Positions 20,784-29,890 of a DNA stretch of 64,000 nucleotides are shown here, in pieces. The position numbers and the translations under genes were made by a program. The notes under the pieces are model-generated. The model was not told the DNA's origin. It worked only from the letters and a program-made list of their open reading frames with translations, and did no database searches. The DNA comes from Candidatus Iainarchaeum sp. (GTDB lineage Archaea > Iainarchaeota > Iainarchaeia > Iainarchaeales > Iainarchaeaceae), in NCBI GenBank assembly GCA_016202305.1, contig JACQPB010000034.1, positions 27,262-91,261 of the forward strand. Reading direction: 5' to 3'. How positions within the stretch are numbered: the first letter of the stretch is position 1; every line of letters begins with the position of its first letter.

Positions 20784-20890
20784 ATCACTCTAAAACTTCG
20801 CCCAGAAAATGCTTATAAATGAAACACTTTGCCTCCAAAAAACAGGATTATTTGTTTGTCGGACATGCCTATCCCAAACCCTTACAGCCG

Positions 20891-21340
20891 TCACGGCCCT
20901 GCCTTCGTATCTACCCCAATCTTCTCCACGAACGCTTTCATGCCGTATTTCCTGATTTCCCTTGCCTTGTTAAAGTCCCGGTCTTCCGTCACCATTGCCT
21001 CCAAGCCGCGCTCCTTGGCAACAGCGTAATGGATGGCATCCCTTGGCATTAACCTTACTTGCTCCATTGCTTCAACAGTCAGGTTTGCAGTGTCCCTTGT
21101 GGCATTCACAATTTCGAGGTTTCCCATCATCAGGAAATTCCTGCCAGCTTCCATGGCCGCTTCCCGCCCCTTGTTTTTCAGCACCAGAAACACAAGTTCC
21201 TCGAAAGTAACAAAGCTTGTGACACCAACGAAAGCCCCTTCCTGCATCGCTTTTATGATTGCCGCGGCGTGATGCCATCTTTCGTCCATGCTCAGGGCAA
21301 GGTACGCGAAAACGGTTGTCTCGAGGTAATATCTCGTCAT
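20891..21340 (-). CDS. PIN-domain toxin (VapC-like)
   Basis: PIN acidic residues (ETTVF..., VTED.DF) and a 4-nt overlap with the upstream antitoxin. Confidence 0.65.
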   Translation of the reverse strand: MTRYYLETTVFAYLALSMDERWHHAAAIIKAMQEGAFVGVTSFVTFEELVFLVLKNKGREAAMEAGRNFLMMGNLEIVNATRDTANLTVEAMEQVRLMPRDAIHYAVAKERGLEAMVTEDRDFNKAREIRKYGMKAFVEKIGVDTKAGP

Positions 21341-21603
21341 GGAAACGCCTTTGGGAACCCTTCCACAAACTGCTTCTTGAGTTTGCTAGGGCTGACCTTG
21401 ATTTTTTTCCCGGAAAAGGCTATTCTCCTGAAAGATTCTATCACCTCATCAGACCTCGGCCTTGAAATGAGCACGCCGTTCTTCTCTTTTCTGGCCGCAA
21501 CTTTCCCGTAGGGCGATATGCCATATTCATCCCGCATGCTCTTTGGTATGAGCACCTGCCCCTTAGGCCCGACGCTGATTAGGACTTCCGCCATGAGTAC
21601 CAC
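21337..21603 (-). CDS. AbrB/SpoVT-type antitoxin (VapB-like)
   Basis: N-terminal swapped-hairpin motif VGPKGQVLIPKSMRDEYGI. Confidence 0.6.
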   Translation of the reverse strand: MVLMAEVLISVGPKGQVLIPKSMRDEYGISPYGKVAARKEKNGVLISRPRSDEVIESFRRIAFSGKKIKVSPSKLKKQFVEGFPKAFP

Positions 21604-21708
21604 CTACAGGAATACTTTGGTATAACTGTTATTTATACTTTTTGGCTGCAAGGGCTTTGTGCAAGTAAATCCTAAAATGGAGCATTACTTGCACAGAAAT
21701 TTGAATAT

Positions 21709-22215
21709 TTACACAGACAGGAAATCTGGAAATTTATTAATTTTGTTCGGAAACATTTTCTCAAACAATTTTTTAAGTTGTGGATAAAAGTCAGTTATCT
21801 TTTCCATTTTATCTAATGGAATATTAGTTGCTCTGTGTTGTATTTCGTTTCGTAATTTGTGAAATTTAGTAATTGCCTCCTGTAATTCTGTTTTCTCATC
21901 CTCTTCTAAACGAAGATTTCTCAAGACTATTTTCAGGCAATCCCCATAATCAATTGTTCTAGTTTCCTCCTCAGACTTGGTTATTTTAAGCCCATCTTTA
22001 AGAACACTCTTTTCAATAAACTCAATTATGAATCCTTTCTCGACTAAAAAAGCTTTCATTAAAAGCTCAGTTGCATGGTCAAGTTGAACTATTGCAATTC
22101 TCTCTATCATGTATCTTCGAGTTTCAGGATTACGCACTTCAAGAATTGTTTTTACATTTGTGATAAGCTCTATTGCAAAATCACACATATTTGTTGCATC
22201 TTCTATTTTTAGCAC
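21709..22215 (-). CDS. HEPN-domain protein
   Basis: C-terminal Rx4H motif (KLRNEIQH); 168 aa; very AT-rich DNA. Confidence 0.45.
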   Translation of the reverse strand: MLKIEDATNMCDFAIELITNVKTILEVRNPETRRYMIERIAIVQLDHATELLMKAFLVEKGFIIEFIEKSVLKDGLKITKSEEETRTIDYGDCLKIVLRNLRLEEDEKTELQEAITKFHKLRNEIQHRATNIPLDKMEKITDFYPQLKKLFEKMFPNKINKFPDFLSV

Positions 22216-22344
22216 AATATACTTTAGGGGGATAAATCTTTTATTGTCAATTCATTTGTTTCTTGTATTACCTGCACGATGTTAAAGCATAGGGCTTTGA
22301 GCAGTAGCTCGTTTTTCTGTGCCCCAAGGTCTTCGCTCTTGGTA

Positions 22345-23658
22345 TCATATTATCCTGTCTATTATGAATCCCGGCCTGAACTCCAGCAGGTCATCGTGGC
22401 CCTGTCCCGTGCCGATGTAGAGTATGGGCTTGTGCAGCTTGTGGAGGAGCGAAATAGCGGTGCCGCCCTTGGCGTCGGTGTCAATCTTCGTGAGCACGAA
22501 GCCGTCTATCCCTATTGCGGCGTCGAACTCCGATGCCTGCTCCAGGAGTGCCTGCCCGGTGTAAGCTTCGCCGACATATATCTTCATGTCGGGCTGTACC
22601 ACGCGCACGATTTTCCTGAGTTCGCCGAGGAGGTTCGTGTTCGTTTCCTGCCTTCCTGCAGTGTCGATGAGCACGAAGTCTATTCCCTTGGCCTGTGCGG
22701 CCTTCACGGCGTCAAAGGCGACTGCCGCGGGGTCCGAGCCGTACTGGTGCTTCACCACCTTGATGCCGAGGCGTGCGGCATGCGTTTCTAGCTGTTCGAT
22801 GCTCGCGGCCCTGAATGTGTCCCCTGCCGCGAGGATGCATGTCCTGCCTCTTGTCATCAGCATTTTCGCGATTTTGGCGATTGTGGTGGTCTTGCCCGCG
22901 CCGTTCGGGCCGAGGAAGAGCACTTTCGTGGGCCTTTTGCCTGCAGCGAGCAGGTCAATGTGCGGGGTTTCCATTATTTTTTCAAGCGAGGCCCTTATCT
23001 CCTGTTTCAGGAATTTTGTGAGGTCGGCGCTCGCCGGTATTTCCTTTCCCACGAGCCTTTCCCTGAGTTCCTTGACAATCGCGTTTGCGGTGTCCTGCTC
23101 GACATCCGATTCGAGCAGGCTCAGCTCGAACTCGTCGAAGAATTCGCGGGTTTCCGGCTCCGTGACTTTTATTTTTCCCCCGAGGAAGCCGCCGATTTTA
23201 GTCAGTATGCCTGTGCGTGCCCTGAGTTCGCGCTTTCCGTCCTCTTTCCCTTCGCGGATTTTTTCCGGTGCTGCCTTTCCTTCCGCGCCGGTTTCATTTT
23301 CGGCCACGGCGGCTTCTTCCTCCGGCGCTTCTTCCGTTTTCGGCTCTTTTGCGGCGGAAGTTATTTTCCGTGCGCGGCCCCTCTCTTTCCGTGCAGGCTT
23401 CTCTTCAGGCGCCTGCGGCTCTTCCTTGGTTTTTTCCTGTTCCGGTGCGGCGGGTGTCTCTATGGATTTTATTTTCGGTGGCTGTGGCACGCTTTCAGGG
23501 GGCGTGGTTGCGGTTGCCGCTTCCGCAGGCTTTTCTTCCCGGCCTGCATCGGCCGGATTTTCGTTCGGCCTTTTGGCCTGCAGTGTTTCCTTGAGCTTTT
23601 CCGTGAAGCCCGATATTTTTTTCTTCAGGAAGTCAAACATAAGAATGAATCGCCGCAA
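22345..23658 (-). CDS. ftsY: signal recognition particle receptor FtsY
   Basis: Low-complexity E/K/P-rich N-terminus, then an NG domain with GPNGAGKTTT, DTAGR and GTGQ. Confidence 0.9.
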   Translation of the reverse strand: MRRFILMFDFLKKKISGFTEKLKETLQAKRPNENPADAGREEKPAEAATATTPPESVPQPPKIKSIETPAAPEQEKTKEEPQAPEEKPARKERGRARKITSAAKEPKTEEAPEEEAAVAENETGAEGKAAPEKIREGKEDGKRELRARTGILTKIGGFLGGKIKVTEPETREFFDEFELSLLESDVEQDTANAIVKELRERLVGKEIPASADLTKFLKQEIRASLEKIMETPHIDLLAAGKRPTKVLFLGPNGAGKTTTIAKIAKMLMTRGRTCILAAGDTFRAASIEQLETHAARLGIKVVKHQYGSDPAAVAFDAVKAAQAKGIDFVLIDTAGRQETNTNLLGELRKIVRVVQPDMKIYVGEAYTGQALLEQASEFDAAIGIDGFVLTKIDTDAKGGTAISLLHKLHKPILYIGTGQGHDDLLEFRPGFIIDRII

Positions 23659-23668
23659 AGCCGTGGCT

Positions 23669-24106
23669 TCACTTCTGCTGCCTTTGCATGTACTGCATTC
23701 CCGCGGATAGCACCTGCTCTAGCTGTGTGAGCCTTGCGAGCGTGTGCTGCTGTTCCTGCGCGGCTTTCTCTGTCGCCTTGTCTATTTCGGCAATCCTCTG
23801 CTCGAGCATTTTTTCCAGTTCTTTCCTGTCGGTTTCCCTGAAGACGTTCCCAGTGAGGGAGGCGATGCCTTTCTCGGTGTCGTCAATGATGGCGTGCACG
23901 AAAATGCCTGCGCCGAGATTCACGAGCATTTTTTCCCCTTTCCCGTTCTTCCCGAGTTCCGCAAGTGCGTCGCGTGCGCCGTACATTTCCGTCCTGAAGT
24001 TCTGGAAGGAGGCGATTCTCCTGTTTGTCTCGCCGAGCTTGTCGCGTTCCTGCTGCACGAGCTGCGCTATCTGCTGGCCGTTGAGCCTCACGGTTTTATC
24101 TTCCAT
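23669..24106 (-). CDS. pfdA: prefoldin alpha subunit
   Basis: Coiled coil – beta hairpin – coiled coil architecture of 145 aa, in the conserved position after FtsY. Confidence 0.75.
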   Translation of the reverse strand: MEDKTVRLNGQQIAQLVQQERDKLGETNRRIASFQNFRTEMYGARDALAELGKNGKGEKMLVNLGAGIFVHAIIDDTEKGIASLTGNVFRETDRKELEKMLEQRIAEIDKATEKAAQEQQHTLARLTQLEQVLSAGMQYMQRQQK

Positions 24107-24110
24107 GGAA

Positions 24111-24296
24111 TCACTTCTTTTCCTTCACTTCGCCTATTTTTACGGCGTTCCTCTTGAGCTTGTGCTTGGAGCCCATGAGCGAGAGCGTCTTTTCCTTCGC
24201 GAAGTTCTCGCTGTGCGCCTCTATTTCTTTTTCGAACTGGTGCTCCTGCCCATCTGCGGCGTAGGTTCCCTTTATCTGGTAAATTTTCGTTTCCAT
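24111..24296 (-). CDS. rplX: 50S ribosomal protein LX (L18Ae/L20A)
   Basis: 61 aa: YQIKGTY...EHQFEKEI...KEKTLSLMGSKHKLKRNAVKIGEVKE matches LX. Confidence 0.7.
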   Translation of the reverse strand: METKIYQIKGTYAADGQEHQFEKEIEAHSENFAKEKTLSLMGSKHKLKRNAVKIGEVKEKK

Positions 24297-24297
24297 G

Positions 24298-24960
24298 CTA
24301 ATCTCCCCTCAATCCCTCGTCTATTTTGCTCATTTCTATTCCTGATGTGCTCGCGCCGGCGACTGCGCCCTTGGTGTTGGCGATGACGCTGTTTCCGACG
24401 AAGACATCCCCATAGTTCGCCGTTGTGGGCCTTCCATTGACCTTGAACTTCTCAGTCACTTCGGCAAAATCCTCCTTGCTGATATCTGGGTGGCAGATAA
24501 GCCCTTTATTTGTTACTGTTAGGCAGGCGCCGGCCAAGTCCGAGCCAGCAATCCGCATTGTGCCGAATTTCACGCCGAAGAACCTCTCGAGTTCCTTTAC
24601 TTCGTCCTCCTGCAGGAGGCTGCTCGCTATTCCCGCGTTCCTGTTGATGGCTATGAGGTTTCCGGTGCATTCGTATCCTTTCAGCACGAAAACTTCCATG
24701 CCGTGGCTTTCAAGCGCCTTTATTTCGTGCTTTTCGGCTATCACGGAAACGGCTATTTTCCTGGCGTGTGCTCTGGACAGGGCTCCTATGAGGGGGCTGT
24801 TGCCGAGGCTGGCCTTCATCACTTCCACGTCGAGTGCATTCTCTATTGCCTTGAGTTCCCTGGCCTCAATCGAGTGCGGGACCATGGCTATTTCTTCCGT
24901 GGAGGTGCAGAATATGCCTATATAGGGCGAACCCCTGATGGTGCCCTTTGTGAAATTCAT
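24298..24960 (-). CDS. eif6: translation initiation factor 6 (aIF6)
   Basis: Five-fold pseudo-repeat; the motifs GSPYIGIF and SVIANTKG are typical of IF6. Confidence 0.85.
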   Translation of the reverse strand: MNFTKGTIRGSPYIGIFCTSTEEIAMVPHSIEARELKAIENALDVEVMKASLGNSPLIGALSRAHARKIAVSVIAEKHEIKALESHGMEVFVLKGYECTGNLIAINRNAGIASSLLQEDEVKELERFFGVKFGTMRIAGSDLAGACLTVTNKGLICHPDISKEDFAEVTEKFKVNGRPTTANYGDVFVGNSVIANTKGAVAGASTSGIEMSKIDEGLRGD

Positions 24961-24985
24961 CTCAATCCCGGCGGGAAAAGCAGGT

Positions 24986-25450
24986 TCATGCCGTTCCCCG
25001 CTTCATTTCTGCCGCTTTTGCGGCTTCTTCCTTGGCCTTCTTGTCCTCGAGTTTCTTCCGCTTTTCGTCTTCAGCTTCCTTGCTTTCAGCAATTGCTTCC
25101 GCGCTTTTTTCCTCTTTTGCCCCTTTCTTGGCGGAAGTTTTCTTCTGTTCCTTCCTTTTCTTTGCTTCCTCGCGCTGCTTGATATAAGTTTCCATTTCCT
25201 TGCCGCCCTGCAGGAACACTGCTATCCTGTCCTGCTCCTTGAGGAGCACTGCAGGTATCCTGTGCGGTATGTTCTTGGAGTTCTTGTGCAGGAATGCGTT
25301 GACCTCGTTGCTCAGCGCGTATTTTTTGAAGCGCGTGTGCTTCTTCACGAAGTCCCTTATTTCCGCGATTGCCTTCCTTATCCTCACCCTCGGCGGGAAA
25401 AGGAACGCTTTCTTCAGCGGAATCGTGTAATTCGCCTGCTCGCCCTTCAT
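24986..25450 (-). CDS. rpl31e: 50S ribosomal protein L31e with K/E-rich C-terminal extension
   Basis: YTIPLKKAF...PPRVRIRKAIAEIRDFVKKH...NIPHRIPAVL is the L31e core. An extra ~65-aa Lys/Glu/Ala-rich tail follows. Confidence 0.75.
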   Translation of the reverse strand: MKGEQANYTIPLKKAFLFPPRVRIRKAIAEIRDFVKKHTRFKKYALSNEVNAFLHKNSKNIPHRIPAVLLKEQDRIAVFLQGGKEMETYIKQREEAKKRKEQKKTSAKKGAKEEKSAEAIAESKEAEDEKRKKLEDKKAKEEAAKAAEMKRGTA

Positions 25451-25722
25451 TCATATCCCTTCCTTTGCCCTTTGGTCTTGAACATCCTGCTCTTGTACTT
25501 CTTGCCGCTCCTGACCTTCTTCCCGGTCTTGCCCTGCTCCTTGAGCTTCTTCTTGAAGGCCCTGCCGAGGCCTGTTTCGCGCCAGTGCCTCTTCGCTTTC
25601 TTGTTCCATATCCTGCGGCCCGCCTTCTGCAAAACCCACACCGGCGCATTTGTCACGCCGGGGCCTATCTTCTTCCTCGATGATATGAGGAATTCCTTTT
25701 CTTCCTGCGATTTCCTTCCCAT
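25447..25722 (-). CDS. rpl39e: 50S ribosomal protein L39e with K-rich C-terminal extension
   Basis: The PVWVLQK...RRIWNKKAKRHWRETGL core matches L39e (PVWV...RRHWRRT.L). It is extended by ~40 aa. Confidence 0.65.
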   Translation of the reverse strand: MGRKSQEEKEFLISSRKKIGPGVTNAPVWVLQKAGRRIWNKKAKRHWRETGLGRAFKKKLKEQGKTGKKVRSGKKYKSRMFKTKGQRKGYE

Positions 25723-25866
25723 AAGAACACCGTTTTTTTATAGTAATCCTTCGTTATATGGCCTATCCCGGCCCGAGCCGAGATAGCCGCCTTGCAGAGC
25801 CAAGCTCTGCGAGGCCCAGTGCCCAATGGGCGCCGGGTCGCTCCCAACCGCCGAAATGGTTGTTTT

Positions 25867-26202
25867 TCACTTCCTCTTCACTTCAATTTTCGTCTCCCTT
25901 TCGTTCCTCAACTGCATCAGTATCTGCTTTACCTGCTCCTCGTTCAGCTTTTCCTTGACATAACCCCTTTGCACAAGCCCCATCACTGCCTGGAATGCCT
26001 TTCCGTAAAGTTCCTTGTTCACGAGCTTCACATTGTTCAGGCGCTCAAGGGCCCTTTCTTCTAGGAGCCTCTTCAGCATCTGCTGGGCTTTCTGTTCTGC
26101 CTCCGCCTGTTTTTCCTGTTCCTCCTTCTGTTTCGCGTATAGCTGCTGCAATTCCTCGAGCTTCTTCTGCCTGAGCTGTTCCTCGTCCACGCTCCTCACC
26201 AT
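25867..26202 (-). CDS. PDCD5-like DNA-binding protein (COG2118)
   Basis: LRQKKLEELQQ...LLEERALERLNNVKLV in the conserved position between L39e and S19e. Confidence 0.7.
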   Translation of the reverse strand: MVRSVDEEQLRQKKLEELQQLYAKQKEEQEKQAEAEQKAQQMLKRLLEERALERLNNVKLVNKELYGKAFQAVMGLVQRGYVKEKLNEEQVKQILMQLRNERETKIEVKRK

Positions 26203-26910
26203 TCATCCGGCAGGCGCATATTGCTTCTTCTCGTCATGCGCCTTGTCCTCAGGCTTCGCCTGTGCGGGTTTGCCGGCATGCCCGGGCTTCGCGTGCTCAT
26301 GGGCTTTCGCCTGGCCGTGTCCGTGCTCCGGTGGCGTGCCTTCTTTTCCCGCGGCGGGCTTCTGTGGAGCAACTCCTTGCGGCTTCGCGTCTTTCTGCGC
26401 CTGTGCCGCCTGCCTCTGCTGTTCCGCCTTCGCCCTTGCCTCGACGCGCTTCGCGGCTTCCTCCGAGTATTTCTGCTCCTTGGCTTTCACGGAAGCGTCA
26501 AATGTTGCCTGTGCCGTCTTGGCTTTTTCGAAGAGGTATTTTTCGCCTTTTCCGCTGACGCTCCTGCCTTTCTTCTCTTTCTTGAGCAGGCCTTCCTTTT
26601 CCAGCATCTGCAGGCATGTCCTGATTATCTTTCCCGATGCCTTGCGCTTCTCCTCGGGCTTCACGCCGCGATTTTTCCTGCCGCCATAATAGGTGCGCAG
26701 TGTGCCTGTGCCTGTTCCGCCTTCCTTGTACACCCTATAGAGCACGCTTGCGGCCCTCGTGTAGAACCAGTCCGGGTCGTTGGGCTGCCTTTCGCGGTGC
26801 GCTCCGGTCTTCACGTGCTCCGTGAAAGCCGGCTTCTTGAGCTTCGCCTTGAGGTCCTTCGCGACCTCGCTTATCAGCATTCCCGCGGGAACGTCATAGA
26901 TTCCCATCAA
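26203..26910 (-). CDS. rps19e: 30S ribosomal protein S19e with ~90-aa low-complexity C-terminal extension
   Basis: N-terminal 145 aa are canonical S19e (DVPAGMLISEVAKDL...WFYTRAASVLYRVY...YGG). The remainder is K/A/Q/E-rich with a HGHGQAKAHEHAKPGHAGKP tail. Confidence 0.8.
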   Translation of the reverse strand: MMGIYDVPAGMLISEVAKDLKAKLKKPAFTEHVKTGAHRERQPNDPDWFYTRAASVLYRVYKEGGTGTGTLRTYYGGRKNRGVKPEEKRKASGKIIRTCLQMLEKEGLLKKEKKGRSVSGKGEKYLFEKAKTAQATFDASVKAKEQKYSEEAAKRVEARAKAEQQRQAAQAQKDAKPQGVAPQKPAAGKEGTPPEHGHGQAKAHEHAKPGHAGKPAQAKPEDKAHDEKKQYAPAG

Positions 26911-27072
26911 TCCACCTTTTCCGTAAAAACCATATTAATTCCGGCTCCAGTTTTTTATCCTCCTTGCGGAGAAAACTGAAATGTTCCAGCCCCAAAAGGG
27001 ACGAACCCCCGATTCGGAGAATCAGAAGTAACTTAATCCGCCTGCCAAAGCCTTATAAAGCTAATTTCGTGC

Positions 27073-27903
27073 TCATCCGCCTGCCAGGCCCTTGATTTCG
27101 CTGTCGCTCAGGGCGCGGTTCAGGATGATGAGCTCGTCAATCTGTCCGTTGAAATACCTACCATCTACTCGGGGTGGGTCGTCCCATCCACCCGCACCTA
27201 TAGCCATGATTGATGTGCCCGGGTCGTTCCAGATTGTCTTGCCGTCAAGCGCTTCTGGGTGGCTGGCGAGCAGGGTGCCATTGGTATAGGTCTTTGCCGT
27301 TGTGCCGTCATAAGTGCTGGCCACATGATACCATCGGCCTGGCTGCGGGGACCAAGGGTCTGTATAGCACGCTATGTACTCGTTGCCGCAAGGGCCAGTA
27401 CCGCTCGTGTCGGAAGGGTAGAGTTCCAGCCACCACCCTGTGCTATTGTAACCAAATGTCCACCCTCGCCATTTCTGCGAAACCTCCTGCGTGGTTCCGG
27501 AAGGGCTTGCGTTGAATTTTATCCACGCCGCAATTGTTATCTGGCTCATGTTGCTGAATGCAGGAGTAGGATTTACTTTTATGTAACTGCTAGTGCCGTT
27601 AAAGCTTGCCACATTTCCGCGCGTGGTGTCACCTACAATCGTGGCTCCGCCAAAGCCGGCCCCGTTGTTCCCTTTGCCCGATGAGTCGGAATAAGCCGTG
27701 TCGTCCAGCTTCCAGTAGCCAGCACCATTCGTAACCATCAGCTGCTTTACTTGTATCGTGTACAGGCCGCTTTTTGTCTGCCCCGAGCTGGCTTGCGATG
27801 TGCTGAGGAGCAGCACAATCACTATTGAGCCGATTACGACTGCGCCGCCTATGAGGAGCAGGTATTCGAGCGCGCCTTGCCCCTTGTTCATGCTTGATAC
27901 CAT
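27073..27903 (-). CDS. archaeal type IV pilin-like protein with LamG/ConA-like lectin domain
   Basis: Class III signal peptide MNKGQGALEYLLLIGGAVVIGSIVIVLLL (KGQ cleavage motif plus hydrophobic helix), then a ~230-aa laminin-G/ConA-like beta-sandwich. Confidence 0.6.
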   Translation of the reverse strand: MVSSMNKGQGALEYLLLIGGAVVIGSIVIVLLLSTSQASSGQTKSGLYTIQVKQLMVTNGAGYWKLDDTAYSDSSGKGNNGAGFGGATIVGDTTRGNVASFNGTSSYIKVNPTPAFSNMSQITIAAWIKFNASPSGTTQEVSQKWRGWTFGYNSTGWWLELYPSDTSGTGPCGNEYIACYTDPWSPQPGRWYHVASTYDGTTAKTYTNGTLLASHPEALDGKTIWNDPGTSIMAIGAGGWDDPPRVDGRYFNGQIDELIILNRALSDSEIKGLAGG

Positions 27904-27917
27904 ATTCTTCCGCTAAT

Positions 27918-28283
27918 TTATTTGTTTGTATTTGGCTTTCTCCCGGTCTTCCTCTCATGCCCGCACTCCAGGCACTTGACAACGGCCCATGTGGCCGTCC
28001 TTGTTATCTTGGAGTTTCCCTGCCCGAAAAATGCCCCGCATTTTTTGCAGAATTTCGTCTTAAGCGTATCAGGAATCCTTGCGCGCAGTTTTTTTGAGAC
28101 GCCCCGCGCGATTTCGACGTATCTTTTGCTCCTCTCCGGGTGTGCGCCGAATTCATGCTCAGCCAGCTCGAAGAGCCTCCAGATGCGCTCCGTGCCGAGC
28201 TCCTGCATTTTCGCGTGCTTCATTCCAATATTGTGCCGCAAACGGTTAAAAGGGTTGTCGAGGGGGATTTTGCGGTTTCGCAT
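27918..28283 (-). CDS. rnp4: RNase P protein component Rpp21/Rpr2
   Basis: C-terminal zinc ribbon CKKCG...CLECG and a basic N-terminal helix. The start is probably internal, at MKHAKMQELG. Confidence 0.7.
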   Translation of the reverse strand: MRNRKIPLDNPFNRLRHNIGMKHAKMQELGTERIWRLFELAEHEFGAHPERSKRYVEIARGVSKKLRARIPDTLKTKFCKKCGAFFGQGNSKITRTATWAVVKCLECGHERKTGRKPNTNK

Positions 28284-28403
28284 CGGGTGCGAATCAGTGG
28301 CTGTATTTGTGCCGACGCCATTTTGCCGCGAACAAAGAGGCTATCCGGTATGTTCACAGGCACTTCCGGTGGCACGCGTTCACTGCTGCGGCGCTCCAAG
28401 AAA

Positions 28404-29107
28404 TCATTTTGTGCTGTTTTCTTCAACGGTTTTCTTCGATTCGTTTATGAGGTGCTTGAGCACGTTGTATGCGCGCTCCGCGTTCGTTTCGTCGACAATG
28501 AAGTGTATGTCCGGCGGGGAGCTGAGAAGCTCTATGCTTATCCCCTTCTTGGCCAGGTGGGATGTTATTTCGGCGAGCACGCCATAGGTGCTGAATGACT
28601 GCAGCGGCATCCTGAATGTCAGCATTGCGCTGTTCCGGAACGAATGTACAACGTCATCGGAAAGCTCCTCCACGAGGTCGTGCAGCCTGTTGTCCTTCAT
28701 TATCACCATGACCTGGTCGGCGCCCTGCAGCAGCACGCGCATCTCTCCGAGCCTCCAGTCGCCGTGGCCGAAGAGTTTCTCCACTTTCTCCACGACATGG
28801 GGCCTCTTCTTGAAGTGCGCGTATGCCATGTTGTCCTGCAGCGTTATTTCCGCTTCCGAAAAGAGGCTGGCGAAGTTCGGGTGCTCCTGTTTTTCGAGCT
28901 CGTCGGCATAGCGCTTGATGGCGACTATTACGGATTCTTCATTAGGGCTTTTCCCGAGTTTCTCGCCGAGCGGCTGCAGCATGCTCCTTGCAAGGGCGGA
29001 GTAATTGACGATGCCGTCGCTCAGCGCTGACTTGACATGGGGCATTGTGTCTATCTCATGCCTTACCGCTTCAGACAATGAGTGTCCGTTGTCGCCGTTT
29101 CTCCCCA
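28404..29107 (-). CDS. ACT-domain regulatory protein
   Basis: C-terminal ACT-like fold (YGVLAEITSHLAKKGISIELLSSPPDIHFIVDE). The start is taken at MGRNGDNGHS. Confidence 0.45.
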
Positions 29108-29733
29108 TAAATAACAAAAAACTTACATAAGATTTAAAAATATAACATTTTAATGTAAAAATGCAAGTTTTTGGTCGTTTTTGGTTATTTTTGTAAAGAA
29201 TCGGTCTTTTTGGGTTTTGGCTAAAATTTATCCGCGCAAACAAGATTTTTTTTCCAAATCGGGCTTTAAACACAATAAAACCCATCATTTCGGCTTTTCT
29301 TGGCCGTGAGCCTTATTAATATCGCAGCGGATATACTGTCATGAAGTTTCACAAAAAAGAAATGGCCGGGAGGAAGAAAAGCCTCCTTGACACATACGGT
29401 GATGGCGTAATAATTTATGTGAATGGCGCGCCGTCCTTGGTCAAGCTCGGCGGGAGGGGGCGCATGGGCTGACAGGAATGTTTCCGAAGCAACTTTTTCA
29501 GGAGGTGTTACAATGTTCAACCGGGGCCCTCGTTGGGGGGCTCCACCAATTTCCAAAACTATTTTTTCGGCCTCGAAGAATTGATTTATGTCAAGCTTTT
29601 GCCGAATTATTTTCTTTGTTTGCTATAGCGAGTTTCTGCCTGTGCAAAGTCAATGCAAGAATAGTCAATGCAAGAATATTTCGCCCTGACAAATCGCCTT
29701 GTCGCCGCAGGCCCGTTTCCGGATGTGCGCGGA

Positions 29734-29807
29734 TGGTGCACCCGCCGGGATTTGAACCCGGACCAAGAGCTTGGAGGGCTCCTAGGCTGCCGTTACCCCA
29801 CAGGTGC
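29734..29807 (-). tRNA. tRNA-Gly (anticodon TCC), CCA encoded
   Basis: Hand fold gives acceptor GCACCTG/CGGGTGC, T-arm CCGGG-TTCAAAT-CCCGG, anticodon stem GGAGC/GCTCT with loop CCTCCAA, and a 3' CCA. Confidence 0.55.
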
Positions 29808-29890
29808 GCAAACCTAATTTCCTCTAAACCATTATTTTAAATCGTTGTTTTCCGCACCTGCCTTAAATACTATTTGCCAGTAATCTCCTC

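Noticed and set aside
22586-23730. Long + strand ORFs (374 aa, 256 aa) antisense to ftsY
   Set aside because: Low-complexity S/A/F/R-rich translations opposite a strongly conserved, motif-complete FtsY. These are typical GC-rich antisense shadow ORFs.
25086-25649. 187-aa Arg/Gly-rich minus-strand ORF spanning the L31e/L39e junction
   Set aside because: It is an alternative frame across two well-supported ribosomal protein genes, with a highly biased composition.
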